DNA from: Octopus bimaculoides
Taxonomy: Eukaryota
Length of the DNA stretch: 64,000 bases
Direction of reading: 5' to 3'
Assembly (NCBI RefSeq): GCF_001194135.2
Contig: NC_068985.1
Location: 25,505,291-25,569,290, forward strand
A program made the position numbers and the translations under genes. A model generated the notes under the pieces. It had not been told where the DNA came from. It made no database searches and worked only from the letters and a program-made list of their open reading frames with translations. Shown here piece after piece: positions 1-15,871 of this stretch; the first letter of the stretch is position 1, and the number at the start of each line of letters is the position of its first letter.

Positions 1-631
1 GCCCAAAAAGGAAAACCAGTTGAAGAGTGAATGACCTCCTTGCAAGCCAATGACCACCCACTTGGGGGAAAGCAATGGCAAACCACTCCAATATCTTTGA
101 TAAAAATTAAGCATTTTGAGAAAGTCATAAGAAAGTAACACTATGACTTCTTCCTTTGGGAGAACTTGTACTTTATCAAGAAGACTTTTGTAGTGTCATC
201 AACATGCTGCAAAAGTATATGATACAATGATGATGATTACTGAGTGTGCCTTCAAGCACAGCAGTGAACTTTAAATTATACCCACTCCTTACGATACTTT
301 TTGCAGTTTATTGATTATTTCAGGAAGATTTAAGTTCTTTTGGAACAATAAAATGCATCATTCATGACAGAATATAAAGTATCAGCTTTTTTTCCTTTTT
401 CTTGTCAGTAAACTAGTCCTTTATCAATTCAGTTATAGATAACTCTCAGAATTGTGCCACAGAAGGATATATTAAAGTGTTTTGTTACTAAATTATTGAA
501 TGTGTGTTATGTGTTAAAATAGAAAAATGCAATTTTGGAAACAAGATAATAGTCAGTAAAGAAGAAAAGCAATACAAGAAAATTTAGATAAAAATTTTCT
601 CTGCTGTTATACTTTTCAAGGATGGAAACAG

Positions 632-769
<138 letters not shown>

Positions 770-822
770 GGGTCTAACTTTATACTGAAAATGATTCTAC
801 AAAAATTATATATTATACACAC

Positions 823-936
823 TGTTACAGATTGTGGAGCAACTTTGAGACTGGAAGCCACTTTGATTGCACCTGTATTTTCATCGATGAAGAAGAAATT
901 GGCAGTTGATGAAACTATCTTGTATTTTACTGTTCC
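823..936 (-). CDS. Cadherin exon E37 (type B, 38 aa) [38 protein letters not shown]
   Basis: tttcag| ... |gtgtgt, 114 nt; donor weaker than the others. Confidence 0.87.
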
Positions 937-2379
937 CTGAAATACAAAGTAAAAATAGTTTAAAGTAAGAATTAAAACAATACATTTTTAAATGGAATCT
1001 TGTATCCTTTCACTCAAGTGATTATTATTTTTTGGTTCTTTGACCAACATTTTTAGACCAAATTCATAAAGATTTTAGATGTATTGTAATTTAAGCTTTT
1101 TATAGCAAATTGATCCCCAATTATATGCCAAATTCCATTCATAATATATTCAGAATAACCAATAAACGTTGTCTCAACTCTTTGTACAATAATGCTTTTA
1201 TGTTTTGCTTTTATTTCTTTCTAGGTAAACTGACATCTGACTATTCAAAGAACACTTCAGAAGTAACTAGTAGTGAGTTCTCTTGAAAATGGACAAAATT
1301 CGGTCTCATAGTGTTATCAAGTACCTTCAGAAAAAGGGTTTTGTCCCCCAAGGACATACATGCTGATATGGTTTCTACATTAGGGGATGATACTCCAGCT
1401 TTATTAACAGTGCAAAATCGGGTAGTTGAATTTAGTAGGAAAAGGAAGAACCTTGAAGATGATCCTAAGTCTGGATGTCTTGTAATTGCCACCACTGAGA
1501 AAAACATTGTTCCTGTTTACCACATGGTGATGGATGAAAGGAGATTGACTATAAATCAAATAGCCAATGCTATTAGCATATCCCATGAGAGGATTGAGAA
1601 TATTCTACACAATGAACTTGGCATGATGAACGTTTCTTCTGATACCTGATCAAAAGCGCACTAGGCTGATCACATCACAGGAAAATATAACATTATTTGG
1701 AGCAGATCCAGCTGGTTTTCTTGAATGCTTCCTAACCCAGGGTGAGTGCTGACTTCATTACTTTGAGCCAGAGACAAAGAAACAATCCATGATGAAGAAA
1801 CACCTCCAAGGAAAGCCAAGGTTGTTTCACTTGCAGAGAAGGTGATGGCCTCAGTGTTTTGGGATGCAAAAGAGATAGCATTTGTTGACTATCTTCAAAA
1901 GGGTTATACCATCAATGGGGAGTACTATGCCAACTTGTTGAGACAGTTATGGAAAGCTATCAAGATCAAATGCTCAGGAAAACTGATGAAAGAGGTCTAG
2001 TTTCATCAGGATAATGGTCCAGCACACAAGTTATTTCAGTAGCTTTGAACTGGTTGATCACACTCTCTGTTCTCCTGATTAAGCCTCATATGATTATCAT
2101 CTGTTCCCCAACATGAAAAAACACTTGAGTGAGAACTAGCATTGCAGGAATGATGACGTCATATTTGCTGTTGATGACGTTTTTTGACCAATAGGATGAA
2201 AGCTTCTTTATCAAACATTGAGTATTCATAAGTCCTCAAATTGACTATAGTTTATGTAACATTAAGTGGTCAAGGGAGAACTTTCCCTTCCACAAGCTGG
2301 TTGCTTAATCTCTCTCACTCAATTTCTGAGGATGGGCAGTCAGACAGTCAGACATACATATATACAAACATACATACAT

Positions 2380-2444
<65 letters not shown>

Positions 2445-2777
2445 TAGATAGATAGATAGATAGATATAGACAGATTTGATTCAGATAGATACAAAAAACA
2501 AGTCTTACTTGTAAATCTTGATCACGGGCACGAACAAGAAGAACACTCTCCTGTGGTGACAAAGTGTCATTGATAACTGCGTAATATGTAGATGTGATGA
2601 ACTGGGGAGGTATACTTTTTCGTACAGAGATGATGATTCTCATTTGTGTACATTTCAAAGGGATTCCATCATCACAAGCTTTAGCATCCAACTGCAAAAA
2701 ATATAAAAATACAGAATATTTTATTATATATTTGTTATATTTAGCTCATTACTTATATCTTTCTCTTTCTCCCTCAC

Positions 2778-2813
<36 letters not shown>

Positions 2814-4079
2814 CAATTAAAAGGGTAAAGGTTTATCAATTTATTAATTTATTAATAAATCAACAATTAATAATTTTTACCAAGCCCTTCGGTATGTAAA
2901 CACCATTATCGGTGGAGAACTTATTTAAAAGTTCTTATACATTTATAAACATATGTTTATAAATGTATAATGTATATATATATATACACATATATATATA
3001 GTTTTAGGGAAAATAACCAATTTTCAAGAACTCATCGATGAAAATCCACTATCACATATAGAAAAATTAATAATTAAAAGCACAATAAATGAGTATAATA
3101 TAAAGTAAAGTAAATATCATAAGATAAATATAATAAAAAGATTACACGTGTTTCATAACCAATTTTCAAATAGAAAAGAAATTTAAATCGATTAAAATCA
3201 ATTGAAATTATCGAAAATAAGTTCTATTCAGAAATATAGCTACTCGTCAGATCGTAAGTAGAACAATAATTAGATATATATCTCAACCAACAATAAGTAC
3301 CAAATGAATTAATATGAAATACTTATTATATAAAGATAGAAAAATTATTTAAAAAATATCATAATATCAAAATAATANNNNNNNNNNACAAAAAACATCT
3401 TACCTAAATTATCATTGTTTTAAATTATCATTGTTTTAAATACAAGTTGAACGAAGTTTAAGTTTAAAATAATAAGGAAGATAAAATTAGTACATATTTA
3501 ACCGGTGTAATAGTTAAAGCTATACTATTTAAAGCTAAAGACGTTTATTTAATTATGATTAAAGATCAATTGAATAATAGAAAAATACAAGATTATTTAT
3601 TTCTACAAATGTAATAATAAAAAATATGAATGAAAAAATTATGAATGGAAAAAATTATGAAAGGATGTATATATATATATATATATATATATACATCCTT
3701 TTCTACTCTAGGCACAAGGCCTGAAATTTTGGGAGAGGGAGCCAGTCAATTAGATCGATCCCTAGTACACAACTGGTACTTAATTTATTGCCCCTGAAAA
3801 GATGAAAGGCAAAGTCAAACTCAGTGGAATTTGAACTCAGAATGTAAAGACAGGTGGAAAACCACTAAGCATTTCACCCAGCATGCTAACATTTCTGCCA
3901 GCTTGCCATCTTTTATCCCTATACATATACAGAGTGACTCGTGTTGATGAGACACACTTGTAATGCAAGTAACTAGGACTAACACAAGTATATTTATTAA
4001 GCAGATTTATTAAGAAAAGATTATGTCCCATCATTACAAGATTTCCTAAGTATGTTGTATATATGTGTGTGCAGTAAAG

Positions 4080-4131
<52 letters not shown>

Positions 4132-6291
4132 TAGCAGTTCACCTTTGTCTAGGGTAGACTACTGCTGACTATTAAAAGAATTGTGCTTGTGCTTTTGACA
4201 GTAGCTATTTCAGTAAGCTCTTTTGGTAAACTCTACAAACAAAATCTGTTTGTGTACATCATTATGTAGAAGTATTTTCCACTGCATAACACTGTATCTT
4301 TATAAGCCTCAGCTAGATTTGTAAAATATGCTGCATGTAGTCAAATTTTTGTCTTTGTGTGTGCGTGTGTGTGTGCGTGTGTGTGTGTGTGTGCATGCGT
4401 ATGTGTGTGTGTGTGCATGTGCATGTACACATACATTTGTGGAATTTGAATTTGAAAACCTAGAAATTAATGTAAGAAAATTAAACTTTTAATTGTTTAA
4501 GTCAAAGTAACATATACTTACACTAAATTCATTGTAAGAGATATTTTTCAAGGATCTCAGCAGGTAAAGTATACCTGTGTCTTCTTCTAAAAAGAAATAG
4601 TTTGTGTTTCCAGTATTCTGTGACACCAAAGAGTAGGTTAACTTGTCCTAATAGTAGAATAAACAAATGATTATTTAAATATGAAACTTGTAAAAGACAA
4701 CAGAAGTTAAGAGATTATATAAATTAATAGAGGATAACATTTTACTAATAACAAACAATTCAAATGTTGCACAGAATATAATTATCAAAAAAATATTAAA
4801 AAAGGAAAGAGGTGCCCTCATTTTGAACATCAAATACTACAAGAAACTATGGTGTAAGATTTAAATGGTGTATTCAATATAAATTATCAAGTTTAAATTT
4901 TCAAGTTTAAACCTAATTTATAGAAACAAAAAGCACCTCTTAAGGTAGAACAAACATTAAAGAAACATCTGGAAGCTACTAACCTGTTGATCCTTGTCAT
5001 CAGCAGCCAGTTGTAAGACAGATGTACCAACTTGATAGTTTTCACTAATAGATTTATTATACAATCTACTCTCCCAGATTGGAGCATTAGGGTTTCGGGT
5101 TACATTAATCAATATCTGAGACATTGTTGAAACTTTTGTGTTACTTTCTTGATATGCAACCACATCCAACTAAAAATAGAAGAAATGAAAGGATACATAT
5201 ACAAAATACTGAAAAAGAATATCTTTTTTATTGCTTAATTAATATTAGAAAGCTAGTGTCTTTTATAGGACCTTTAAGATTGGTGGAGGCAAAAGAGGAA
5301 GAAACAACAATCCTCAAATTAGAAAATAGATCCAAATTCTTGCAACACAGCAAACTCTGCAAAAGGCACCCAAGAATCATATGGTTGGTAAACTGACCAC
5401 GTCAGGCCCAAATATTCTACCTGTTTTATGTTTAAATCAGCCAGATGTGGCTTCTCAAACATTCTCTACAATGCCATTTTAAAAATATGCAATCATATCA
5501 TTGAGATCTCAAAGCTATGAGATAATGCATGATTAATTCAAAACAATGTTAGTAAATATACATTGCATAAGACAGAGTAATATGAGTGCTCAAGGGCCAA
5601 GTAAGATTAGAAAATGCTGAGATGATTAATCGTTGTTCTTGAAGGAAAAATGATTGTTTTTTTGTTTTTTTTGTTATATTAATAATTCCTTTTAATATAC
5701 ATTATATTGATTTTTATAAATCAAGTTTGACTGAGATTTTTAATTCACTGAAGCAGTTCAAGAAATAAAAGATATTTTTTAAAAGGCTGGTCATTGCAAG
5801 AAACAATTTAACAAAGACTAACAGTTCAGTTGATTTGCATTTAAATTTGATATTAAGTCAATTGAAATTGATTTCCTAATTTTAAGGAAGATATGCACAA
5901 CAAGAGAGAAAGTGATTTACATTTCCACAGATATCAAAAATTTTTCAAGTTTCATGGGCTAAAAGGTACCAATCCAAGAAACATAATTCTAACAGGCTTA
6001 AGAGCCAGCCTTGTTCTTTTATATTCTTGCAATTTGTTTTCTGTAGATGTATTCTATCAACTGTGAATTTCATCCCATTTTTTACAGCACCTCTGAGACC
6101 CATAAACCAGATGTGTTGTTTTCAAACCTCAAATAGCTAAGAACCCAAGCCATACTTTTCTATTCAGCCACATCCAATGGTTGGTAATTTTACCTCTCCA
6201 TTTCTTGAAACACTTTGCCATGAAACTGTTCAGTAATATTAATTGGCTGTTATGATACTATAATGCTATACAAATAATGACAACAACAGCA

Positions 6292-6323
<32 letters not shown>

Positions 6324-7700
6324 ACACAAATGTGCACACACATACACACACACATACTCACACACACATACACACACATACTCACACACACATATACCAA
6401 CATAGGCACACACNNNNNNNNNNNNNNNNNNNNNNNNNNNNNNNNNNNNNNNNNNNNNNNNNNNATATATATATATATATATATAAGGTTAGTTGAGTTA
6501 GAGATTAAAATAACCATTTAAGGGATAGAAGTATCCATTACACTACCACTATATTATCTACATTTAACCATGGGCATACATATGCAAATATATTATGTTC
6601 ATAAGTTATAGGTAAAGACAAGGATAAACATGGGCTTATCAAGAATCAAAATTTAAAGAAAACACAAAATGGAGAAGTACTAATGAACAACAATTGACTT
6701 ACATCAATTATTATTCATTAATTCAATACAAATAGACTGCATCCCATCTAACAGCTGTTTCTGTATGGTATTGTCATTGATATGCACAAATACATAAAAT
6801 ATTAATCATATTTTGTAATAAAGCCAATCTGAAACAAGGAGCTTCATCAGAATGAAGAATAAATAAAGAAGAAGAGTATAGAGAAGAAAAAGGGAAAAGT
6901 TGAATATGGTTGTAATCATACCATTTTGCTTGTTCATCTCTTAATATTTATTCCATAATATTATTTTTTTAATCTAGTATTTAATATCCTAAGCGTTTTA
7001 GGGCCCCTTACAACACACACCATCTTCTTATTCATTCATTTATTTATCTTACCCTGTATAACGGTCTCAATAGCTGGTCTTTTCTTTTTACATTTCAACT
7101 GACCATTTACACCGAACATTGGACCTTAGCCTATCTTACTGCAGACAACAGGTGGAAGGGCTTAACCACCTATTTGCAAATCAAATTGCATTTAACCGAT
7201 TAGCACTTCATTATGAATAATACTATTAATTAGTACTACAAACAACTATTATAAATTATTATGATTAATATAAAACCTTACTGTATCTAAACTCCTTCTA
7301 TGACTAAAACCTATTGGCGTATCCCACTATTATTTTTGGATTTTTTATTATTTATCCGTCCCTGTACAAAGGATTAACCCACCAATTGCTATTTTGGTTT
7401 AGTCTTTTACTTAATGGCCCAAAGAGACACACAAGCAAAATGGTATGATTACAACCATATTCAACTTTTCCCTTTTTCTGCTCAATGCTCTTCCTCATTA
7501 TTTATTTTTCACTTTGATGAAACTCCTTGTTTCAGATCAGTTTTATTACGAAATATAATTAATATTTTACATATTTGTGCATATCAATGGCAATATCACA
7601 CAACATTGGAAGCAGAAACAGCTGTCTATTTGCATTGAATTAATAAATAATAATTGATGTAAGTCAATTGTTGTTCATCAGAATTCTCCATTTTCTGTTT

Positions 7701-7751
<51 letters not shown>

Positions 7752-7988
7752 CATACATACATACATACATACACACATATACATATATATACATATATAT
7801 ATATATATATACATATAGATGCACACAAGTACACATATGCACATGATGCATACATGCACACACACATGCCTTCTTTTATGCAAATTTTAGCAACTATTTT
7901 TCCAGACCTGGATAGTTGGATGGTTCTACTATTGTTCACAAATAGCAATATAAAACAAATAAATATAAAGAATAGGAATATTTTGTTT

Positions 7989-8069
<81 letters not shown>

Positions 8070-10163
8070 TAAACAAAAACAACTTACAGTAAATGTAGTT
8101 AGAAACATATTTGGTTTCTTCAAGGTATCAATAAGTGAAACTACGCCTGTCAACTTGTCTATTTGGAAGAATGACAAAGCCGGATATTTTCCAGTCAGTT
8201 TATAATGTATGGATTTATTCTGTCAAAAGATGAAATAAAACAAAAATACAGAGGGAAAGGTTAAATTTAGTGAATGCAAAAATATTTCTGATGACATAAC
8301 TTCACTTATTATGTAAAAATAATTCTGTAGTTTTAAGAATAAACTATGTTTTATGTTAAAGAGCATGAGAAATATGAAGGACTTAAATCATTCACATAAC
8401 ATGATTAAGTTGTTTTTACATTCAAAAATACAATGGATTGTATAGGTTAAAATAAAATTTTCTATATATGTTTTGGAAAGATTGAAGGTAATTTTAGTGT
8501 TAACCTGTTGATTTGTAATAAGTAGCTGCTTTAGCACCACCCTACCTGGGACTAACTGTACCAAAGGGGTAATATTTAAATTAAAAATCTAGATCAAAAC
8601 TGTTTATAGCATGAATGATGTGAAATTCTGGTCTCTGCAGCATAATATATATCAATAATACAAAATTATAGATAGTTCAGTATAGAGACAAATTCTTCCC
8701 AAATCATGATTATATTTAATCAAAACATAAGCAGTCTAACCACATGAATTATATTCATTTTTTATTTTACATTTGAAGAGGAAATATTTTAAAATTAACT
8801 CATTGGTCTTAAATTTTGAAATTTTCATTCAAAATATCAAAAAAAATGTAATTATTTCTTCCATACATGTTTGCAGTAGTAAAGACAAAAAAAAATTTTA
8901 ATATAATTTTCCAGATGCTCACCACATTAGCTGCAACTTGTACCCAAGATGTTCTTACATTATATATGTCACCCAGAGATTTAGTATCATTTAAAGTTAA
9001 TGTGTGTGGAAGATTTAGAAACTGTATTTGGGGTTGGCTTCGAGTAACAGTTATAAAGACAGTTGCAGTTGCAGTATTTTCTGATACACGTTGGTCGCGA
9101 GCAGTGACAATCATCTTGAAGAAAAGATAAGAAGAAAAATTAAAAATGAGAATATCACAATTTTGCAATTTAAACATAAAATGAATTAAATAAAATAAGT
9201 AAAATGGTCATGGGCATGAGTTTGGACAAATAAGCTACCCCTCTACACAACTCCCCTCATCTTGTTTACCACTCTCTTTTTACCCTTTTCACTAAGCTCT
9301 AACACTAATCCCTTCTTTTCCCTCTTGTTCCTTCTATAGTCCCTCCCCTAACAGTGGCTACTATGTTCCTTTCTCCACTACATCCTCACTATAAATCTTC
9401 TTTTCTCATCATACTTCACCCCATCCCATCACTATGCCTAAGATCATTACCCTCTCTCCTATTCTCCTTTAAGCCTTTTAGTCTTGCAAGGCAATCTCTT
9501 TAGTGTTGACGACTTAAAAATAAGCATCCAGTACTCTCTGCAAAGTGGTTGATGCTAGGAATGGTATTTAGTCACTGAAACCATGCCAAAACAGACAGCA
9601 AAATGTAATGCAGTCCTCCAATATGTTAGATCCTGTCCAACTGTTCAATTCATTCCAGTATGGAGAATGGAAGTAAAATGATGATGATGATTATGACGAT
9701 GACATGATGTGATGCACAGAATTTTTATTATGTGAATTATAGTGACCAAAAGTCATTTCTGTTCGTAAAAATCTTTTTAATTGCCCAAGAAAGGTTGAGT
9801 AGACTATGTTATACTGAAGTGGTCTAACAGACAGAATTACGTCCATAGCTGTCCTTTGCCTGCATGTAGAGAAAAAGGCTTTCATTCTCCTATGTATGTT
9901 AATTAACTTTTAAGAGATTAATGCTTAACTTGTTAAAATTATCTCCCCTTTTATTTAATAGTTGATGCTCAGTTTTTGTTTTCTTTTTCCAACTGGGAGC
10001 CAAATTTCAAATAATTATGACTGTTTTGCATATGATACTAAAAAAAAATTGCCTCTTAACTTATTTATAATTTATTGTCTTCTACTATAGCTTTAGGGCT
10101 GACTAATGCCTTGTGAGTGGATTTGGCAGACAAACTGTGTGGAAACCTAATGTATGTATATAT

Positions 10164-10213
<50 letters not shown>

Positions 10214-10639
10214 GTATGTGTATGTATATATATAGTACCCCCTGACTGGCTCCCATGTCAGTGGCACGTAAAAAGCACTATCCAAATGTGATCAATGCCA
10301 GGACCGCCTGACTGGCCCTCATGCTGGTGGCATGTAAAAAGCACCATCTGAACGTGGCCGATGCCAGTACCCACTGACTGGCTCCTGTGCCAGTGGTATG
10401 TAAAAAGCACTAACTGAACGTGAACGAAGCCAGGCCCACCTGACTGGCCCCCATGCTGGTGGCACATAAAAAGCACCCACTACACTCTCGGACTGGTTGG
10501 CATTAGGAAGGGCATCCAGCTGTAAAAACATTGCCATATCAGATTGGAGCCTGGTGCAGCCGCTGGCTCTCCAGACTTCAGTCAAACCATCCAACCCCTG
10601 CCAGCATGGAAAATGGACGTTAAACGATGATGATGATGA

Positions 10640-10675
<36 letters not shown>

Positions 10676-12173
10676 TTTCATTTTTTATCTAGTTTCAGCT
10701 CATGAGCTGTGGCCATGCTGGGGCAATTCACTTCAGATTGCACAGGATCCTGTGTGATAACACAACAGTGGAAATTTCATGTGATTTACAATAAGAGCTG
10801 AAGCTTGTATGATGTAATTGCCATGTGCTAAGTGCATCCAATCATGCATATACATGTGTGTATGTGCATGTGTATGTGTGTGCATATGCATATGTGCATG
10901 TGCATGTGTCTATGTGCATGTGTGTGTACACATTGTGTGTGTATGTATGTGTGTGTGTGTATGTGTCTTTGTGTTTGTCTCCTCACTCCTCTAAATGACA
11001 ACCAGTCTTGGTTTGTTTACATCCCATAACTTAGTGTGTTCAGCAAACGAAACCAAGAGAACAAGTGCCAGACTTTAAAAAATAAGCACTGGGGTTGTGT
11101 TGTTTGATTAAACACTTCAAGGCAGTGCCCCAACATGGCCGCAAACTGATGTGTGAAGCAAGCAAAAGAAGCAAAGATAAAAGATGCCATCTACTTACCC
11201 TATAGAAAGTTGGATTCAGAGAATCAGAAGTCAGTGAATTTTTAACCAAAATTTTACCACTGTCTTTCATTAAATAAAAGTACTGAAGAGTGTTTGAGAG
11301 TCCAGTTGCTGAATACACAATGGTGTCCTGCATGTAATGAAAGGAAGAATTAATAAAATACCAATTTTTAAAAGAAAAGCAATGGAAAAATTTTTTTCAT
11401 ATCCCTTATATTTTATCAAAAGGTGGCAAGGCACTGAAGTTTTCACTTCCAGGCAGGTTTATTGACCTACAAGAACAGTTCACATTTGATCTGCTGATAA
11501 ATCTGCTGAAACTCTGTGCTAAAAGTAAAAGCTCAATATGTGTGAAGATATATCATCTGAATATAGTTAGATAAAAATTCGAAAGAAAAAATAAATATTT
11601 CCAATCTCTAATATTTTAATCTTCACCATTTTCTGAAATGCAAGCATGTATCAATCAAAATTGGAGAAACTTATTAATTTACACTGAATGAATAGGTGGT
11701 CATGGATTCTGTAATACAATGGAGTTTTTTTGTTGCTTTTTTTTAAAGCATTCGCTCATTACAAGGTCCTTACACCACTGAGTTTCTAGAATAAAATGGA
11801 CTCTAGACAGAAGTCAATAGGTGACGATGTGCATAAAGACTTAAAAGACTGGAAGTTATGTTGAAGAGGAAAACAAGACTGTGGAAGAGAATTCCAAAGT
11901 TCAGAGGTATGAGGGAAGAAACTGGTACTGTAAAGTGCTTTACAACACTTAGGAGTTATTATAAAATTGCTAGTTTCATGCATGCATGTATGTATGTATG
12001 TATGTATGTATGTATGTATATATGTCATTGTTCAGTTTTATATCAAGATTTCTTGTCAATAGAGAAAGAACCAGTTTCTAAGCTATATTCAAGGCTCCTT
12101 CATAGAAATTCCAACATCAACAACAGGATATTTTTGTTTGTATGTATGTATGTATGTATGTATGTATTCATGC

Positions 12174-12210
<37 letters not shown>

Positions 12211-12667
12211 TTTGCCTGTATGTGTTGCAAGTGCCACTGTCTGGGAGGTATATTTTTGTAGTGAAATAGTAGTTTTNNNNNNNNNNNNNNNNNNNNNNNN
12301 NNNNNNNNNNNNNNNNNNNNNNNNNNNNNNNNNNNNNNNNNNNNNNNNNNNNNNNNNNNNNNNNNNNNNNNNNNNNNNNNNNNNNNNNNNNNNNNNNNNN
12401 NNNNNTATGATATAATATATATATTCTGTAAATAGTAATAATACTTATAAGCATATAAGCCTGCAACAGAAAACACTGGGTTTTCCATATACATACGCAT
12501 GGGGCCAACTTTTTTCTGTTGAGGGCTTATATGCCCCAACACTAGACTATTTTCTTTAGTCAACACATGGTGATCACTTACAAGCTTTAAGCTTATAAAT
12601 ATTATTATTTACAGAATTATCACTCATCACCACTTCTCAATATTGCAATGTGTGTGTGTTTGTGTGT

Positions 12668-12710
<43 letters not shown>

Positions 12711-13863
12711 CGTATGTGTGAATATATATGAGTAGAAATGAAAAAAATGGTGTTTTCCTCTCTATATTCCTGGTGAACATTTATATACCATAAATTTATG
12801 CCTCTGAAGCAATGGAATTAAAATTCACTTATTTGCAAAACAAGAAACTGTTGGCAACTGGATGTGCATCCAATTGCCAATGTAGTATCTTTACATGTAA
12901 CGCTAAAGATACTACCTTAAATAATACCTATTATATCTATACCAACATAGAAGTATGGATGTAAAATAGATTATTGAACAAATAATATTATAAAAACATC
13001 AGAAATCAAATATAATCTATGTTCATTACCATATCTAGATCTGTTGCTTTAATGGTAAGGATAACATCTCCAAGAGGTTTTGTGTCTGGAATTGTTACTT
13101 GATACTGATTTGCTGAAAATGATGGTGGATTGGCATTCCTTATCACATTTATGACATATTTGCCCTGGACTGTGTTTTCTGGATATAATGTATTGTAAGC
13201 TTCAACGTTGAGCTGAAAAATATGTATAAGAGATCTCTTTTATTTATAAATACATTTTTTATAGAATTAGGAAAATTAAAACTACATTTCTGTGAGAGCA
13301 ACCAAAAGAACATAATTACTGTAAGCATATTTCAAATATTCCACACTTTAAAAACATTCAGTGACATGAGAGATAGGTAACTGTACTGGTATGGGTATAT
13401 GATGCTTACAGAGCAGTGGTTATCAACCATTTTTTACCTATGGATCCCTTTGATTCCTATTTTATTCAAGCAGACCCTCATGTCCATCTGATGTTTAAAA
13501 AATCCATCTGTATTTTTATGATTAAATATTATTAGGAATTGCATTAAAAAACTTGTTAAAATATTTTGTTTACTGTAGAAGTATTAGCAATTTATTGCAT
13601 ATAAATTTTAACAAAATAATATTGTATGGACCCCCAAGGAGAACCCCTGATATACCAAATGAATGCCACATAGAGAAGTGCCAAGATTTAAAGTTAGGGG
13701 AACCTGCAGAAGAGGGAGCTCAAAGAAGGCTTGGGATGAAGTGCTGAAGGGTGACCTGAAAGTGCTATCTTTCACAAAACTGTACTCATTGGCAATACAC
13801 AGACACAGTGCTGCAGAAAACTATTCCACTAATGGCAAAATATAGAGCAGTATTTAGAAATGT

Positions 13864-13954
<91 letters not shown>

Positions 13955-15820
13955 TTATATATATCTCAGGAAATTAAAATTTATGGCCTGTCATAGAGTG
14001 ACCATTAATTTATAAAGCACTTCTATAAAGNNNNNNNNNNNNNNNNNNNNNNNNNNNNNNNNNNNNNNNNNNNNNNNNNNNNNNNNNNNNNNNNNNNNNN
14101 NNNNNNNNNNNNNNNNNNNNNNNNNNNNNNNNNNNNNNNNNNNNNNNNNNNNNNNNNNNNNNNNNNNNNNNNNNNNNNNNNNNNNNNNNNNNNNNNNNNN
14201 NNNNNNNNNNNNNNNNNNNNNNNNNNNNNNNNNNNNNNNNNNNNNNNNNNNNNNNNNNNNNNNNNNNNNNNNNNNNNNNNNNNNNNNNNNNNNNNNNNNN
14301 NNTATATATATATATATGTAAATATATAAACCTTATATATATATATATATATATATTGTGGTTGTCTACTTCTTATGCAGAGGCTGATCACCTCTTGAAT
14401 CTACACCTTAGGTCCATAATGGTGTCTGATTATGGCTTTTTAAACCAGACAATGTGTTGAAAGACACCCACATAGATTGCAGATCCAATTTGGACCACCA
14501 AGAGCTGCAGTTAAGTTCTGATCATGAAACGTTAGATTTGCAGACCTTGTAGTATACATTGCATTGAAAGATGTGTGCAGATAGTGAAAGGTGTGGAGAA
14601 TAGTTGGTGGAGGTACATTTTTAATGGGTCTACAAATGAAATTTAAGCCCAGCAAAAGAAAGGCATGGTCTCACAAATTGTGCACCCAAAAAGGTCACTG
14701 AGATTCACCTTCTCAATCACAGCATTCTTCTTTAAATCTCTCTTGAGTCTTGCATGTGTTATCCTGGCCCCCTCAAATGCTTTCACTCCACTCCATACTT
14801 CTGTTCACCATCCAGCTCATTCCAAAGCAAGAGTTTCTATGGCCTTCAGATCCATTTCAAGTGACTTCGTCGTAGTCCTCACATACATACATACATACAT
14901 ACATACACACATACATACATACATAATGCATGCATCTAGACATAAAAACACATCCATAAAACAAACATACAAATCTGCGCATACACTAACACCAAATACT
15001 GCACACATACACATATGCACAAATACCTAGATGATGTTGATAAAAGTTCCAATGAAGGAGCCTTGAATCTATGTTAGAGTCCGGCTCTTTCTCTATGGAC
15101 AAGAAATACAGAAATGAAACTGATTGATAACATACATACATACATACATACATACATACACCTTGCCAGGCCTACTTTTGCTACTCCTTCACCTTGCATC
15201 TTCACACTTTCACCTACCAATTTTTCATCTCTACTGCATTTCTCTCATCTCCTCAACACTCATAGTCCTTCATCTCTCACCTCTCCACTGTTTGTGTTGA
15301 TCACATTATCCACTTCATTTCACTCTGTCCTCCTTACCCATCACTAATCCAACATACAAAAAGCTGCCTTGGATCACTCTTATCCCACTTTCCAACACAC
15401 ACCAGCTTCACCCTTTTCTAGTTTCAGCCAATACACTCTCTCATCTGAGGTACCTCTATTGCCACCCATATAGTCTCACTTTTATCTCATTACCCGCACT
15501 TATCTTTGTTCACCTTTACTGTTGCTAATGATTTCACTGACAACTCTACCCCCAAATATCTCTGCTTTCCCCATCATATTTCTTCTTTCTACTTCTGCCT
15601 TTTCCATCTTCTCACCCATTCTGGCCCCAATATCTTGCTTTCTCTCTCTCCCCCTCACTCTCTGTCTATTTGTCTGTCTCTCTATCTGTTTGTCTATCTC
15701 ATATCCCCTCCTTGGTCACCTGACCAAATTATATACATGTCCTCAGTTATTGAATACTTTCTACATTTACACTTCAAACTGCCTCTCAACTGCTCATTTC
15801 TAGCCTTTCTGTTGGCATTC

Positions 15821-15871
<51 letters not shown>

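Noticed and set aside
2810-3680. Very AT-rich stretch considered as a NUMT or mitochondrial control region
   Set aside because: No recognisable mitochondrial gene, tRNA or rRNA; contains a gap and a 17-bp local duplication only
4150-4235. Candidate AG...GT exon in intron E35-E36
   Set aside because: In-frame stop and no cadherin similarity
10238-10490. Regularly spaced ~65-bp repeats resembling a CRISPR array
   Set aside because: Eukaryotic context, the spacers are homologous to each other, no cas genes, and the unit is part of a retroposon 3' UTR
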